Below, in pieces: positions 15,951 to 32,987 of a stretch of 64,000 bases of DNA. The notes beneath the pieces were generated by a model. It did not search any database. It was not told the origin of the DNA and was given only the letters and a program-made list of their open reading frames with translations. Made by a program: the position numbers and the translations under genes. Origin of the DNA: Eledone cirrhosa (lineage: Eukaryota); the NCBI GenBank assembly GCA_964016885.1, contig OZ024741.1, forward strand, positions 197,842,001 to 197,906,000. The letters run 5' to 3'. Position 1 is the first letter of the stretch, and the number at the start of each line of letters is the position of its first letter.

Positions 15951-16501
15951 TGAAATATTGAACAATTTTACTTGCTGTCAAGAATTTTAATTTCAGATCA
16001 TTAGGTCAGTATGATTTCATAGCATGACAGTAGCAACAGTGATGATGTTGCCTCACCATCAGTATAACTTGTTGACTGGAGCAGATAAAAGAGCAATATA
16101 TATATGTGTGTGTGTGTCTGTATGTGTGTTTGTGTGTTTGTGTGTGTGTCTATCTGTGTGTGTGTGTGTGTGTATACGCGTAACTCCTTGTGGTGTCAGG
16201 AGGAAACCGTATTGATATACGGCATTTGTTGGGCTTCTATTTAAACTTGATGGAGCCCATTTCTCATGCCTGAACACAGTCGATTTCTTCCACGGAAGGA
16301 GAGTGAGAATGATTGAGAAAGTGGGATATATATAAAGAATCATTATTGACTCCTCTATTGGATTGGTTCATTTTTTATCGACCATGAAAGGATGAATGGC
16401 AAAGTTGACCTCGGCGGAATTTGATTTCAGAGAACTGAGAGCCGGAATACAGCAAACCATTCTATTCGACGTTCTAGCGGCTGTATCAATTCGTCGCCTA
16501 T

Positions 16502-16587
<86 letters not shown>

Positions 16588-16592
<5 letters not shown>

Positions 16593-16924
16593 TAAACGGA
16601 ATAGAAAATGCTGACAAATTGTTCACAGTTGAAAAATGGTTTAATTAGGAATAAAAGAGTATTAGTGATTGTATGGGTTAGTATTCAGTTGTGGTTTTAA
16701 GTTTTTAAGTTTTTACCGGTTGCGCATTTCTAAATGCTTTTCAAAAATAATTTTGAGATAGAGTGTCCGTGCTGTTTGCTCTGATCTGATTAGTTTTGGA
16801 AATTCTACCTGTTTTTATGTTAAAAAAGTGGCTCCAGCGTTATTTTTGTGTTGCAAAAATTCTTGTGGTCAAAACAATTTTGATTGGTCGGTGGAGGTCA
16901 TGTGAATGTAAAAAGTTGATTTTG
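16588..16924 (-). mobile_element. Inverted partial copy of the ~1-kb non-coding family
   Basis: Reverse complement of ~9285-9616. Confidence 0.8.
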
Positions 16925-17037
16925 AACTCCAGTTCCCCAGTGAATTAACAACCCAACAAGGAACTGGGCATATCAGAGTATTGACAATATCATACACCTA
17001 AACAACATATGTACTTGTCTATACCTTACTAATTCAA

Positions 17038-17092
17038 ACTGCCTGAAGAGGTCACAGCCAAAGATGGCTGTCACTGAAATATATATAGCAGT
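17038..17092 (+). ncRNA. Minimal type I HHR
   Basis: actgc CTGAAGA ggtcacagccaaagatggctgtcact GAAA t ATAT ATA gcagt. Confidence 0.8.
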
Positions 17093-17141
17093 AATAAACG
17101 AAGCTAAATTTTAATCATTTGACTTTTATTTAACTTTATTT

Positions 17142-17934
<793 letters not shown>

Positions 17935-17965
17935 ATAACCTTCGTTTTGTGTAGAAAATTACACT

Positions 17966-18005
<40 letters not shown>

Positions 18006-18012
<7 letters not shown>

Positions 18013-18510
18013 GTCTATTAATTGGGATTTTTAAAAACCCTCTGAATGGAAAAGGGATGAATATTGAAGTACATGGGACACGAACCCACATCTTTGGTTT
18101 GCCAGATCAATGTGGTACCATTACGCCGACACGCCACCCACACTTCGCTCAACTTATTTTCAAATTCGCTAGCTGTTTGTAAACAAAGCCTGCTTTGTCT
18201 TTCCTTATAAATAAATAAATAAATAAGTAAATGACTTTATATATATACATATGCATGCTATAGTTATATAGCATCTAATTGAATAAAGGGATGATTGGGT
18301 GGCGTGTTGGTGTAATGATAGCACTTTAGTCCGGCAAACCAAAGATGTGTGTTCATGCCCCATGTACGTCAATACTCATTCTTTTTCTTCCATTCAGAGG
18401 GTTTTTTAAAAGTCCCAACTAACAGACTAATTTTATTTATTCAAATACGGCGTAAGCACATGTTACTACCTATTTTCAAGTTCACTAGTTGTTTCTAAAC
18501 AAAGCCTGTT
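18006..18510. repeat. Diverged inverted repeat containing tRNA-like heads
   Basis: gggtggcgtgt(c/t)gg(c/t)gtaatg...ggcaa...gttc on the minus strand at 18072-18140 and on the plus strand at 18297-18365. Confidence 0.7.
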
Positions 18511-18591
18511 TTGTATCTACTGTTATCTAATATATATACTGTTATCTAATCACTGTTTCGCTGTTGAAACGGCGTGAGCTCAACCGTCGGG

Positions 18592-18633
<42 letters not shown>

Positions 18634-18892
18634 CATAATCAAAATCCGAAGGCAAGGTAAAATTCCAATCATTTAATCACGACACATGTTTCAATAAAGA
18701 TAGATCGATTGTGAAGCCATGATCGATTATCACTGATCTCATCAGGTGAAAATGGGAAAGATATAAAGAATCATTATTGACACCTCTATTGGATTGGTTT
18801 ATTTTTATCGACCATGAAAGGATGAATGGCAAAGTTGACCTGTGAGAGAACATCGTTATTTTTCTCCCTCATATCAAGAATTTGAAGACAAT

Positions 18893-18980
18893 TCATTTTC
18901 ACCTGATGAGATCAGTGATAATCGATCGTGGCTTCACAATCGATCTAACTCTTATTGAAACATGTGTCGTGATTAAATGA
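18893..18980 (+). ncRNA. Type I HHR, with an inverted copy at ~18670-18755
   Basis: tcattttcac CTGATGA gatcagtgata...ttatt GAAA c ATGT GTC gtgattaaatga. Confidence 0.75.
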
Positions 18981-19352
18981 TTGGAATTTTACCTTGCCTT
19001 CGGATTTTCATTTTGATACTTATACTCCGTTTTACATCATTTAGCCGTTCCCTTGAATGGAATTGGAGATATACAAAAGCGTGGAGAACTTAATACTGCT
19101 AACATAAATTTATTGGACCATTTTACACAACCAATAATGCACCTTACTATATAACAACTATATATATATACCTTGCAATAATGATTAATCTCTTCAAAGT
19201 TCTCGTTAAACTTTAACATGTTACCTACGTAACATGTGTGTTTACACTTTTTACAAATTATACCCTGTCAATGTTTGATATGGTTATTTTATATGCATAA
19301 GTCAATCGACCTTTAATTTATTTTTTAATAAATGTTCGGACTTATTCAACAC

Positions 19353-19400
<48 letters not shown>

Positions 19401-19563
19401 ACACACACATACATACGCATACACACCCATATATATATACATATATATACACTCATATATATATATGTATATATATATATATATGTATACACACACATAT
19501 ACGTACACATACATACACATATATACACATGTACATATACACACATATATACATATTATACAA

Positions 19564-19606
<43 letters not shown>

Positions 19607-19609
19607 TAT

Positions 19610-19682
<73 letters not shown>

Positions 19683-19944
19683 ACACACATACACACTAAA
19701 CATACATATATATTATACATATCTTGTACATACACATATATACATACATATATATGTATATATGTATATATGTATATCACATACACCCAATTTTATATTT
19801 TTTCTACATACATACATATACATATATATATACACACACATACATTTATATATATATCCTATACATACATATACATATATTTCAAACATATACATATATA
19901 TACACCACATATACACACATATATATTTTTTCTACATACATATA

Positions 19945-21064
<1,120 letters not shown>

Positions 21065-21819
21065 TATATATATCCTATACACACCCCATATATATATTTT
21101 TTTTACACATATACCATACATACATGTTATATACACACCATATATATCCTATACATATACCACACATATATCATATACATCCTATATATACACTATACAT
21201 ATCGTTCATACATATTATATATATCTCACACAGATATACACACATATATATATATACATATATATATATCCCATACACACACATATATTTTATACATACG
21301 TACACACATATATATATATATGTGTGTATATATGTGTGTGTATATATGTGCGTGTATAGACACACACATATACATACATATACACCTATATATATGTTCC
21401 ACACATAAATACATACATATATATATTCCATATATACACATTTTATAACTGCTACATATATATATAGATATAAATATATTATACACATATCCACACATAC
21501 ATATACACACACACATACATATATATATACACATATCTATTCTCAAACACCTTTATCTTACAACCTCACCATTTTCTGAGTGTATATATATGTGTGTATA
21601 CTTTAATTCCTCATCATCATCAACACTCATTAACACCACACCCCACACCCATCCAAATCTCTCTTATATATAGTCACACATTTCAACACAACCTGATATC
21701 AGTTTGACAATCGCCACGGACAGACGAATGCGAGAAAGTTCTCCAACCCAAGTTAACCAGGAATCTCTAAAATTCTTCCCACCGAAGTTAACAAAGAACT
21801 TACTGGATCTACCAACTCA

Positions 21820-22292
21820 TCTATATATATAAAACTGAGGTTGTCTGTCTGTCTGTCTACTAAAACAGTCGGCACACATCTCCTCCTAAACCGTACGTTC
21901 AAATTTCGGTGAAATTGCTACACTTATAGATGAAGGTCCGGCGGAGACATCGGTCAAAAGAATTTTCAAATCGACTCACACCTAGTACAAAATTCCAATT
22001 TGTAATGTATTGCTTTTTCAGTTCAAATGTATAAATAGAGATGAGAGACGAGTTATTTCCCTTTTATGGTGTCATTTGTTTATCTATTTACGTTACGAAT
22101 AAACGTGCAAAGGTACAAAAATACGCGAATAGTTTTCGGGCCAGCAAAATTTTAACCTGCAAAAAATTCATGAGTTCGAAGTTTCAACATTAAGCTTCCA
22201 TTTTGCTTCATTTTCCATTAAAAAGTCTTTTAAAACAATATTTACGCACATCAGCCTCGCCATCACCCGAGGCAACGCTGTGAGTGTGCTGG
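21820..22292 (+). mobile_element. Diverged non-autonomous Helitron related to family B
   Basis: 5' TCTATATATATAAAACTG; body similar to 36693-37080; degenerate 3' hairpin, ends CTGG. Confidence 0.65.
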
Positions 22293-22800
22293 CTTGCCTC
22301 AAAAATCAATAGAGAGGTTGCCCAGTACTCGTGACGTTGCTGTCTTTTGCTCTGGTGCTGGCTCCGTTGTTCACTCCTTCTTTTACATTTTCTTTAATAT
22401 TGTAGCATTGAAGGAATATATCTGTCATTGTATCATCCTTTGTAGTGTTACCGAGGCATTTGTAATGTTATTTATGTATATATTTAAAACATATTTGTTA
22501 TGTTATTCTACTGTAAATTTATTTATATGCTCTGTTTATATCTTCATTCTCAGTACCCTCAAAAATCTATGAAACTACATACATGTTGCAACTCTCTCTC
22601 TCTCTATATATATATATAACACACACACATATACATATACATCTAAAGAGAGAAAGAGAGATGTAGAGAGATAGAGTCAGATAGGTCGTTATATAGAGAG
22701 AGAGGTACAAGATAATCAGATAGAGAGAGACAATGGTGACGAACGCTAGTTCAGACACACACACACTCACACACACACACACAAACACATATATATATAT

Positions 22801-22865
<65 letters not shown>

Positions 22866-23054
22866 CGTTCTTTATTGTTCTCCATTCTTTCTACTTTTGG
22901 CACAAGGCCAGTAAATACCCAGTACATTACTGGTACTTTATTTTAAGGGATTTTATCTTTGCCTTAAAATAGTAAAAGTAAATAGTGAAGATTTAGGCCA
23001 GTACATACGTATGCGCCGACGGACATACACATACATATACATACGCACACACAA

Positions 23055-23089
<35 letters not shown>

Positions 23090-23175
23090 TACACACGTGT
23101 GTGTGTAAACCTTATGCATTTTTAGAGTATTTTCACCAAACTTAAGACATAGGTTACTTATATACTCCGGATGGT

Positions 23176-23204
<29 letters not shown>

Positions 23205-23208
<4 letters not shown>

Positions 23209-23540
23209 AGATCAAAAGATGGTTAAAGGAGTTCTATGTATTTTATTATGCGCATTTCAAAAACAAACATCATCATGCAATAATATTTGTGTTTTCATCA
23301 GATAAAACAGGAGAACATGATATAAAGGCTAAAAAACACTTGTGGATAGTGCAGTTTTAAATCAACATATCATATGTTGATTTAAAACTGCACTATCCAC
23401 AAGTGTTTTTTAGCCTTCATATCATGTTCTCCTGTTTTATCTGATGAAAACACAAATATTATTGCATGATGATGTTTGTTTTTGAAATGCGCATAATAAA
23501 ATACATAGAACTCCTTTAACCATCTTTTGATCTTATATTA
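23205..23540. repeat. Near-perfect palindrome (~165-bp arms) with one HHR per arm
   Basis: Centre aatcaacatat-c-atatgttgatt at ~23371. Confidence 0.92.
23433..23503 (+). ncRNA. Minimal type I HHR (inverted copy at ~23239-23309)
   Basis: tgttttat CTGATGA aaacacaaat...gtttgttttt GAAA t GCGC ATA ataaaata. Confidence 0.8.
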
Positions 23541-23624
23541 TGTATACTCCAGTCCTACAAACTGTAGAGTGCTTCTTATCCGATATCTGCATTGCTTTAT
23601 TGTACTACAATAAAACTCACCTCC

Positions 23625-23667
<43 letters not shown>

Positions 23668-23670
<3 letters not shown>

Positions 23671-23790
23671 AACGAGTAGGACCTCGATGGCTGAGCGCAA
23701 ACCGTTTCGACGGCTAATTCTGGACTAAATCAGGTCAGCCGTCAGGGTCAGCCACCAGCCGTCGGGCTCCTACTCGTTCCTATTATCCTA
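23668..23790. mobile_element. Copy of the short 'GAAACGGC' HHR-half family, fold-back arrangement
   Basis: ggaacgagtagg ... cctactcgttcc inverted ends; the minus strand retains a full stem II (gacggctga...ttagccgtc) before GAAA. Confidence 0.7.
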
Positions 23791-23938
23791 TATATATATA
23801 GGGTAATAGGATGGCAGAGTGAGATTTCTCATTGTGAGACTGCTGGAATTTCAAATTTGGCGGTCATTCTAGCACGGAGGGGTACCATCGGTGAACATTA
23901 ATATCGGTAAGGTTGTTTTTATCGATAATTGTCGGGCA

Positions 23939-24059
23939 TCCACTGATGATTTATAAGTGCCCACCTACATATATCCTACGGACTATGTGTAGGCTTCTAC
24001 ACAACCTGGACATTATTTTCCCAATTTGTAGAAAACTTATAATGAAACGATCGTTTGGA
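23939..24059 (+). ncRNA. Extended-stem II HHR (family copy 2, diverged; element ~23835-24240)
   Basis: tcca CTGATGA t ttataag ... cttataa t GAAA c GATC GTT tgga. Confidence 0.65.
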
Positions 24060-24257
24060 AAGAGAGATGTATTTAAAATATGTCTCATATAAAATAATAC
24101 AACTGGTTATCCGCAAAATACGTATAGTTAGCACCTCAAACGTATAATTGGGATTATACTAAGGTATATCCTAATGTTTGTTGAGTGAGACGGAAGCCGG
24201 TCGGAGTTTGCTTAAAGATTTCTCTGTTAATGTATTAAATATATATATATATATATA

Positions 24258-24597
24258 TTGTTATACTTGGGGAGGGTCATATTTGTGTAATATTGCCAGA
24301 ATTAATAACAGAACACACTCACTGTTTGGTTGGTTTTCGCTTCTCGCTGTCTTTTATATCGGTAATCTAACTTACTCGGTCCTCAATGTTGCCATTGACT
24401 GACCGACGGTCAAAAATAAAAATCTATCTGTATTATTTTTGACCGTCGGTCAGTCAATGGCAACATTGAGGACCGAGTAAGTTAGATTACCGATATAAAA
24501 GACAGCGAGAAGTGAAAACCAACCAAACAGTGAGTGTGTTCTGTTATTAATTCTGGCAATATTACACAAATATGACCCTCCCCAAGTATAACAATAT
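24258..24597. repeat. Near-perfect palindrome (~160-bp arms) of a PLE-type 3' end
   Basis: Arms end in atgaccctccccaagtataacaata, similar to the PLE termini at ~28600 and ~36155. Confidence 0.9.
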
Positions 24598-24668
24598 TTG
24601 TTTCGAAACAAATATTGTTTCGACACACGATTTCATATAAAAAACCTCGCAAAACTAATTCATCGCCG

Positions 24669-24725
<57 letters not shown>

Positions 24726-25271
24726 GAATACAAGAAACAAGTAGACAAGAGAATACATAAAGTTTTTTTAGTTTCCTGTTTAAGAGAAAGCGAGTTAGAT
24801 AGTGACGTGTTGGACGACATTTGCCTTTCATCAGCAACAACAGAGTTCAAAGTGTAGAAGAAAAATACAATAAAAAAGACAAAGAAAATAAAAAATAAGA
24901 ATTTAAAATTAAAACGAGAGTGAGGGGAGGAGGAATTATGATGGTGGGGGAGTGGCCAGGCATGCTGGGCTGGGGTCAATGTGAGGGGTGTAGAAGTGCA
25001 GTTGGTAGTTGTGTGTAGGTTAGGTGCTGCGTGTGTGCGTGTTTGGTGTGCTGTTGGTTGAAGTGTGCGTGTGTGCGAATGTGTGCACACATGCGTCCGC
25101 GCGCGCACGCGTACGCATGACTATGCGCACAAACATACACATGTATATGTGTATACACACACGTAAATATGTATATATGCGCACGGGTGCAAGCGTGCAC
25201 ACACCGCCGTTCGTCGATGCGCGCGCGTTTGTGACTTGCGTTCCGTGCGTGTCCCTGTACGCACCTGTGTA

Positions 25272-25363
<92 letters not shown>

Positions 25364-25404
25364 TTCGAAATATTAATAAATATAGACATTCATGTGATCA
25401 AATA

Positions 25405-25470
25405 TATTTCATTATATATATTTCAGAGGTACTGTGCTGTTTCCTCAGTACGTCCTCATCAGATAAAATA
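25405..25470 (-). ncRNA. Minimal type I HHR
   Basis: Minus strand: tattttat CTGATGA ggacgtactg...cagtacctct GAAA t ATAT ATA atgaaata. Confidence 0.75.
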
Positions 25471-25525
25471 AATTAATGTCTGACATACCTCAACTGTGCT
25501 GATGGTTCAATTCCAGTCTTGGCAG

Positions 25526-25604
<79 letters not shown>

Positions 25605-25785
25605 GGGTGGGGGTATAGAAATATATATATGTATATATATATATTATATATAGAAATGACTTCTACATGACAAGAATTGCTTCTTTCGTATGAAATCATC
25701 AGTAATGAACTTTCTGAGGATTTTATTTAACTGTGGGTTTCTCCTAATCAAGTTCGGAAAACCATTCTTAATTATACGTATGTGT

Positions 25786-25866
<81 letters not shown>

Positions 25867-26199
25867 TGCTTTCCTCTATTCTCCTTTCTTACCTTTTCTA
25901 CTCCTCCTTATCCTTCTTTGTCCGTGCGTTGGACTACACTAATTCTTTTCTGTTTTACTATTTCTCTCCTTTCTATGTTTTCACCTTGCGTACTCTATAT
26001 TAGTGTAATATGCCTCAGGGCATAACTTGTCTCTACCTATTTTATTATGCCCCACTGTGAACTAGACTTAAGGTGTCAACCATAAACACCAAAACTGTAG
26101 TGATTTCCCAAAATTGACTGAGGAGAGAAGACAGTCCGTCTTTCCATTGGTTTTTCCATTGTCTTTGTCTTATGCAACCCATATTTTGAATTTACACAG

Positions 26200-26230
<31 letters not shown>

Positions 26231-26238
26231 CATACATG

Positions 26239-26284
<46 letters not shown>

Positions 26285-26338
26285 CATGCATACATACATA
26301 CATACATACATACATACATACATACATACATACATACA

Positions 26339-26370
<32 letters not shown>

Positions 26371-26399
26371 CATGCATACATACATATATATATATACAT

Positions 26400-26725
26400 A
26401 TTACCAGAAGGGTCGACGCATGCAAGTCTGCCAGGACATCCTTGAGCGTCTTGAAACCGAACCAGACTTGTTAGGGACAGTCATTACCGGTGGATCTTCG
26501 AGTACGACCCGGAAACCAAACGCCAGAGCCGTCAGTGGAACAGTCCGTCGTCGCCAAGGCCGAAGAAAGCACGACAGTCGAAGTCCAAAGTGAAGGTCAT
26601 GTTGATAACATTCTTCGATGTGAGCAGGATCGTCCACTGCGAGTTCTTGCCACAGGGCCAGACGATCAACCAACATGTCTACAAAGAGATACTGCAGCGT
26701 TTGCTTCGTTCAGTGCGTGAGAAGA
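26400..26725 (+). mobile_element. Mariner transposase internal fragment
   Basis: VITG..WIFEYDPETKRQS, SKVKVMLITFFD, EFLPQGQTINQHVY. Confidence 0.9.
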
Positions 26726-27370
26726 TGGGGCGTATGATCAGGGAGAGGAACAACAACTTCCAGGACTGGAACAATGACGTGCCAGCGTTGTATGGGCTTC
26801 GAAAAGACCATAAAACGAGCAGTGACCCTGTCACAGGGCCACCAACACGGCCAGTCTGCGGAGCTAACATTGCTAGTAACTACAGACTTTCAAAACTTCC
26901 TCTCCCTGATCATTCGCCCTATCATTGAAATGTCCCCAGATATATGTGACAGCACGGAGGCCTCCTCAGCAGAATCGGCGAGAGTAACCGATCTAGGGAC
27001 CTAACAAATTGCATAATAGGTACTATGGATGTTGTGTCCCTATATCCATCACCCCAACCATCGATTACCTGTATTAGACACAGAGCTCTGGTTAGATACC
27101 ATTAATAACAAAAAACAAATCCTCCATTCCCATTATGCCAAACCCATGACTTCCAAATACTCAGCTGTTTCGGACCATACCAAAATCAACTTACTGATTG
27201 CGGATTTGGTACGGGTGATGAGAAACGTGTTCCGCATGTGCAACCCCAAAGAACTAGAGAGACACATACAACACTTCATCCACCGTATGCAGTTCTCTGG
27301 TTACAATCAGATAGATAAAATCAGAGTATATAGAGGAGCCAGAACCAAATGGGAAAAAATGGTAAATAAT

Positions 27371-27556
27371 TGTTTCTACTTTAGGCACAAGGCCAGCAAT
27401 TACCCAGTACATTACTGGTACTTTATTTTATCTACCCCGTAAGGATGAAAGGCAAAGTCAACCTCGGCGGGATTTGAACTCAGATCGTAAAGGGACGTAA
27501 CTATGCTGGAAAGCATGGCGTCCGACCCTCTACCGATACTGCCAATCCACCGCCCT
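27371..27556 (-). mobile_element. tRNA-derived SINE (Meta-domain-like core) with 12-bp target-site duplication
   Basis: A box tggcagtatcgg, B box gagttcaaatcc, core gcctttcatccttacgggg; TSD ATGGTAAATAAT at 27359-27370 and 27557-27568. Confidence 0.9.
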
Positions 27557-28421
27557 ATGGTAAATAATGACACAAATGGGACCTGCCCGTTGTATAGGAG
27601 CAAATTTTCGAATAGAATAGAAAGAACTAAGAATAAGGTTAATAGAATAAACTCATGGTATGATAGCAATAAATACCAGAGTGTAATGTTCATCGATACA
27701 ACAACTCCTAGAGGTGAATTAGCTTACAAATTTAGAAGGGCCCTAGATAAACATAAATTCAATATTAAGATAGTAGAAAGACCAGGTACCTCCATAAAAA
27801 CACTTATTAGCAATACATACCCTTTTCAAAGACTTCCCTGTATAGATAAGAAATATATAATCTGTAAATTAAGCCCCCATATTAACTGTAAAACTAGAAA
27901 TGTAGTATATAGCATAAGATGTACTGAAGGACAATGTAGAGATAAGAATATAGTGTACATAGGTGAGACAGCTCGTGGTATAGGGGAACGGATAAATGAA
28001 CACTGGCGAGACCTTCAAGATAGTAAAGAATCATCTGTACTCTACCAACATGCTAAAATAGAACATAAGAGTAAATTAGAGAACATAGAAATAAAAGTAG
28101 AATCTACACACAGAAAAGACGCAATGTTTAGTCAAATCACAGAGGCAATAAACATAAATGAACTCCAACCAAAATGGAATAGAAAACATGAATGGAATAG
28201 CAACATCACAACTTACAATTAAGGACAAAATGAAAACACACACGCACATAGAACAAACAACCAACCAGTAACATGTAAATAAACAAATTAATAAACAAAT
28301 ATAAACACACACAGACACCCGGATGTAATACATGCGCAAACTAAGCACACAACCACACACAAAAACAAGATGGCGTAGGACAGAACAAAGGAGAGGCACA
28401 AAACAAAGAAAAGAATCCCCA

Positions 28422-28464
28422 GTCACCGAAGAGGTCACAGAATGTGTGACGAAAGAACTTTGAC
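28422..28464 (+). ncRNA. HHR-like motif in the PLE 3' UTR (core variant CCGAAGA)
   Basis: gtca CCGAAGA ggtcacagaatgtgtgac GAAA gaactt tgac; the copy at 35959-36001 has CTGAAGA. Confidence 0.55.
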
Positions 28465-28594
28465 AATATATAAACAATCATCTGGTTGTGGAACCAACCA
28501 ACCAACCGGAAATTTATAAATTTATTATAATAAATTGAAGTGAAAGCGACTGGTGCGTGTGTTTCTTATTGGCAACATGACCCTCCCAAAGTAT

Positions 28595-28772
<178 letters not shown>

Positions 28773-28930
28773 TGTGTTAGTGTTGAACAAAAAGGTGACG
28801 TGGTTGCCTTAACACCGTACGGCATAAAAAATTCAGGCTGTTCAGTTTGTTTACAAACGAACAAAGCGGCGTTATAATAAGCGTCCGCTAAACTGATACG
28901 TGCATATATGTATGTGTACCTGTATGTATA

Positions 28931-28963
<33 letters not shown>

Positions 28964-30829
28964 GCATGCTACTGTACGTCTGTATACATATATGTATGTA
29001 CGTATACACATATATACACACATACTTATATATATATATATATATATATATTGCTAAATAGATAGATAGAATAATAGATAGATAGATAGATAGATTCTGT
29101 TATTAATTGCAATCTTCCGATATGCCGTTGGTTTATGGAACCATCACTGAAGATTTTTTTTAGATATCTCTTGCAAACTATATTTGTTCACATCACTACA
29201 CACTTTAACAGTAGTATCTTTGCTTAAATCTGTGAATTATGCTACTGTGAATTATACTGTTGCAGGTTAGTTCGGCTTATAGGTGTCCTACTCTGCAGTA
29301 ACCTTTTACAGATAGATCATATGTTCCATTTGATAGCTAAATATTCTGGCATCTGACACAACACGGTGAAGGTAACAGGATATGAGCCGTAACCTATCAG
29401 TTTATCGATCCTAACACACACTCACATGCGAAGTAGAAAAGTATATCAGCCTTTAAATATTCGACTCGCCTCCCTACAGTACTACATTGTCTAGAATAAT
29501 GTCTATCGTAAAGCGCTAAAATAACACAAAGAAGGTACATTCCTTTCAATGCAGTTTTTATATCATAATTATAACATATAAACACATACATATTTATATA
29601 GTGTCTCCGGGAATCTCTGCAATACTGATTCCACACATTACTAAATATAGTTCATACGATCTCTACAAATTCAATCCTACAATTATGGTAGTCTCTGCAA
29701 TAACCTACTTACTCCATACACGTTTATAAATGTCTATCGCAACATCTTCAATACAGCTTCCACAACCGCCGTGAAAACCTCTACAATCTATACGCTACAC
29801 TTTCTACAAAACCTATTCACTCTATTTGCTGTCCTGTCTACAAAGTGGTATAAATAACGGAGCTTCTAAGTTAGATATATATTGGCTTCGTGCAATCGCT
29901 AGTATCTATGTGTGGAGTCGTAGTGACATACGACGTATCGTGGGCATTTTAAGCCTGGTGAAGTCAATCCTACTTCCAGGACTGGCACAGTCAATTTCTT
30001 CAAGAAAAAGGGAGAGTGGCAGTCAAAAAGTGTAGAATCTATCTTAGTGTTGGACTGGAACTTTATTGTATTGACACAAAGAATGAAAAGTAAATTGATA
30101 TTGGCACGATTTGAACTCGGCGAGGGCGGAGAATAGGAAAGAATACCGCAGAGCCGTGTATCCGAGGTTCTAAAAACTCTACCAATTCGCCGCCTTTGCT
30201 ATCACTCAAGTATATTTATATTTATGAAAGTATAAAAACAATTTATATAATGAATGATTTATAAAAGAAAGAAATCAATAGAAATTAATCAGAGAAAAAG
30301 GAAACAAAACGGGAGAAGACATCCACACTCAGTTACAAGCTACAACAGAGAATGTTGGTGTTTCCCTCTATACTAAGAGCTAAAAACAAATCATATGTTA
30401 CTTTTTCGCCTGACAATTTTGTATATTATACATATTGGTTTTACTCAAATTACTAAACAATAACAATTATATGCACACTAAATACTCATTAATGTAGTTT
30501 TAAAGGCTAAAATTAAATAACTGATGTTTCTATTATTGTACATGAATAATAAGTGAGGCTACAATTGAAACAGTGCCAAGCATATATACATAGGCATCTG
30601 GCGTGAGATGGAGCTGTGTGAATTATAAAATGAATGTATTGATTTAGTATGTATATATATGATAAAACTATGACTTTCTCATTCTCCAGTGTCAGGATGT
30701 AGGTCAAACGGGATTCTTTATCGCGTTAAGAATAGAAATACTTGATACGAAAGTAAACGATAAACACACATCAGATATATGCATGTAATATTATATATAT
30801 ATATATATATTATATTATATTATATTATT

Positions 30830-31015
30830 GGTGGATTGGCAGTATTGGGAGAGGGTCGGACGCCATGCTTTGACGTATAGAGTTACGGCCCTTGCCAATC
30901 TGAGTTCAAATCCCGCCGAGGTTAACTTTGCCTTTCATCCTTACGGGGTCGATAAAATAAAGTACCAGTAATGCACTGGGTAATTGCTGGCCTTGTGCCT
31001 AACGTAGAAACAATT
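30830..31015 (+). mobile_element. tRNA-derived SINE, same family
   Basis: Full head, core and tail ending agaaacaatta. Confidence 0.9.
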
Positions 31016-31220
31016 ATATTATATTATATTATATATATACATAAAGATAGATAGATAAATAGATAGAGGAAGAGGGAGAGAGAGGGGGAGAGATTCTGTG
31101 ATGGTGGGACCAAAGTAACCATTACTCATGAGAGTACTCAATGCATTGGGAGATGCAGAGTGGGTATATGTTTATGCCTATCTCTCTCTCTCTATGTATA
31201 TGTGTGTGTGTGTGTACATG

Positions 31221-31268
<48 letters not shown>

Positions 31269-31395
31269 CGCAAGAATATATGTATAGGTATACTTATATG
31301 TAAATGGTAAACAGAAATAACAAGAATAACAAAACGAACGGCACAGTACACGAAAGGAATATATGTGTTGAATGCTTGAAATAGCAGGAAGAGAG

Positions 31396-31431
31396 TCTTG
31401 ACGTTTCGGACGCTAGTCCTCCATCAGAAGA
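31396..31431 (-). ncRNA. Ultra-minimal HHR-like motif (related copy at ~41530-41565, minus strand)
   Basis: Minus strand: tctt CTGATGG aggactagcgtcc GAAA C GTC aaga. Confidence 0.5.
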
Positions 31432-31674
31432 AAACATAAGAAATTAAAGAAGAAATAGAAAGATTGAAGAGAGGGGCAGAGTGGAAACGGTAACAGGTCT
31501 ATTCTTAGAAAAGTGTTGACGCCGGCCTTTTGTGTATGATAAACCTTTTTTGAAAAGTTGATGATGGAGCGCGTTTTTCTCTGTCTTCCTCTTCCCACTG
31601 TCCATCTTTCTATTAATTCTTTTATTTTTCATTCCATCTTCTGAGGAAGGACTAGTATGCGAAACTTTAGAACT

Positions 31675-32030
<356 letters not shown>

Positions 32031-32050
32031 AAAGTATATATATATATATG

Positions 32051-32309
<259 letters not shown>

Positions 32310-32312
32310 GTG

Positions 32313-32632
<320 letters not shown>

Positions 32633-32743
32633 CAAAAGGGATATTTAATTTGTTGGTAATTCAACAAATATATATGTTTATAACTGATTCGAAGCACTCG
32701 ACAGTTTTCTGGAGTATAATATCAATGCTATTAAAAATGGTTT

Positions 32744-32810
<67 letters not shown>

Positions 32811-32863
32811 TGATTTTTGACAGCGGTAAGAAATTGTTTTCTTATATCAATGTTTAATGGGCG

Positions 32864-32987
32864 TCCACTGATGATTTATAAGTGCCCACCTAAATATATT
32901 CTTACATGAATATATATTAGGCTTCTACATAAACTGGAAACATTCTCCCAAACTTGTAGAAAACTTATAATGAAACAATTGTTTGGA
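32864..32987 (+). ncRNA. Extended-stem II HHR (family copy 3; element 32809-33175)
   Basis: tcca CTGATGA t ttataag ... cttataa t GAAA c AATT GTT tgga. Confidence 0.65.

Noticed and set aside
18072-18140. Functional tRNA-Ala(GGC) gene
   Set aside because: Acceptor stem does not pair properly and the partner copy is degenerate; treated as a tRNA-derived repeat.
26590-26928. Mariner-Penelope fusion gene
   Set aside because: Chance in-frame junction of two truncated, frameshifted fragments.
29312-29371. Candidate 60-nt coding exon with AG/GT boundaries
   Set aside because: Stop codons in all three frames.
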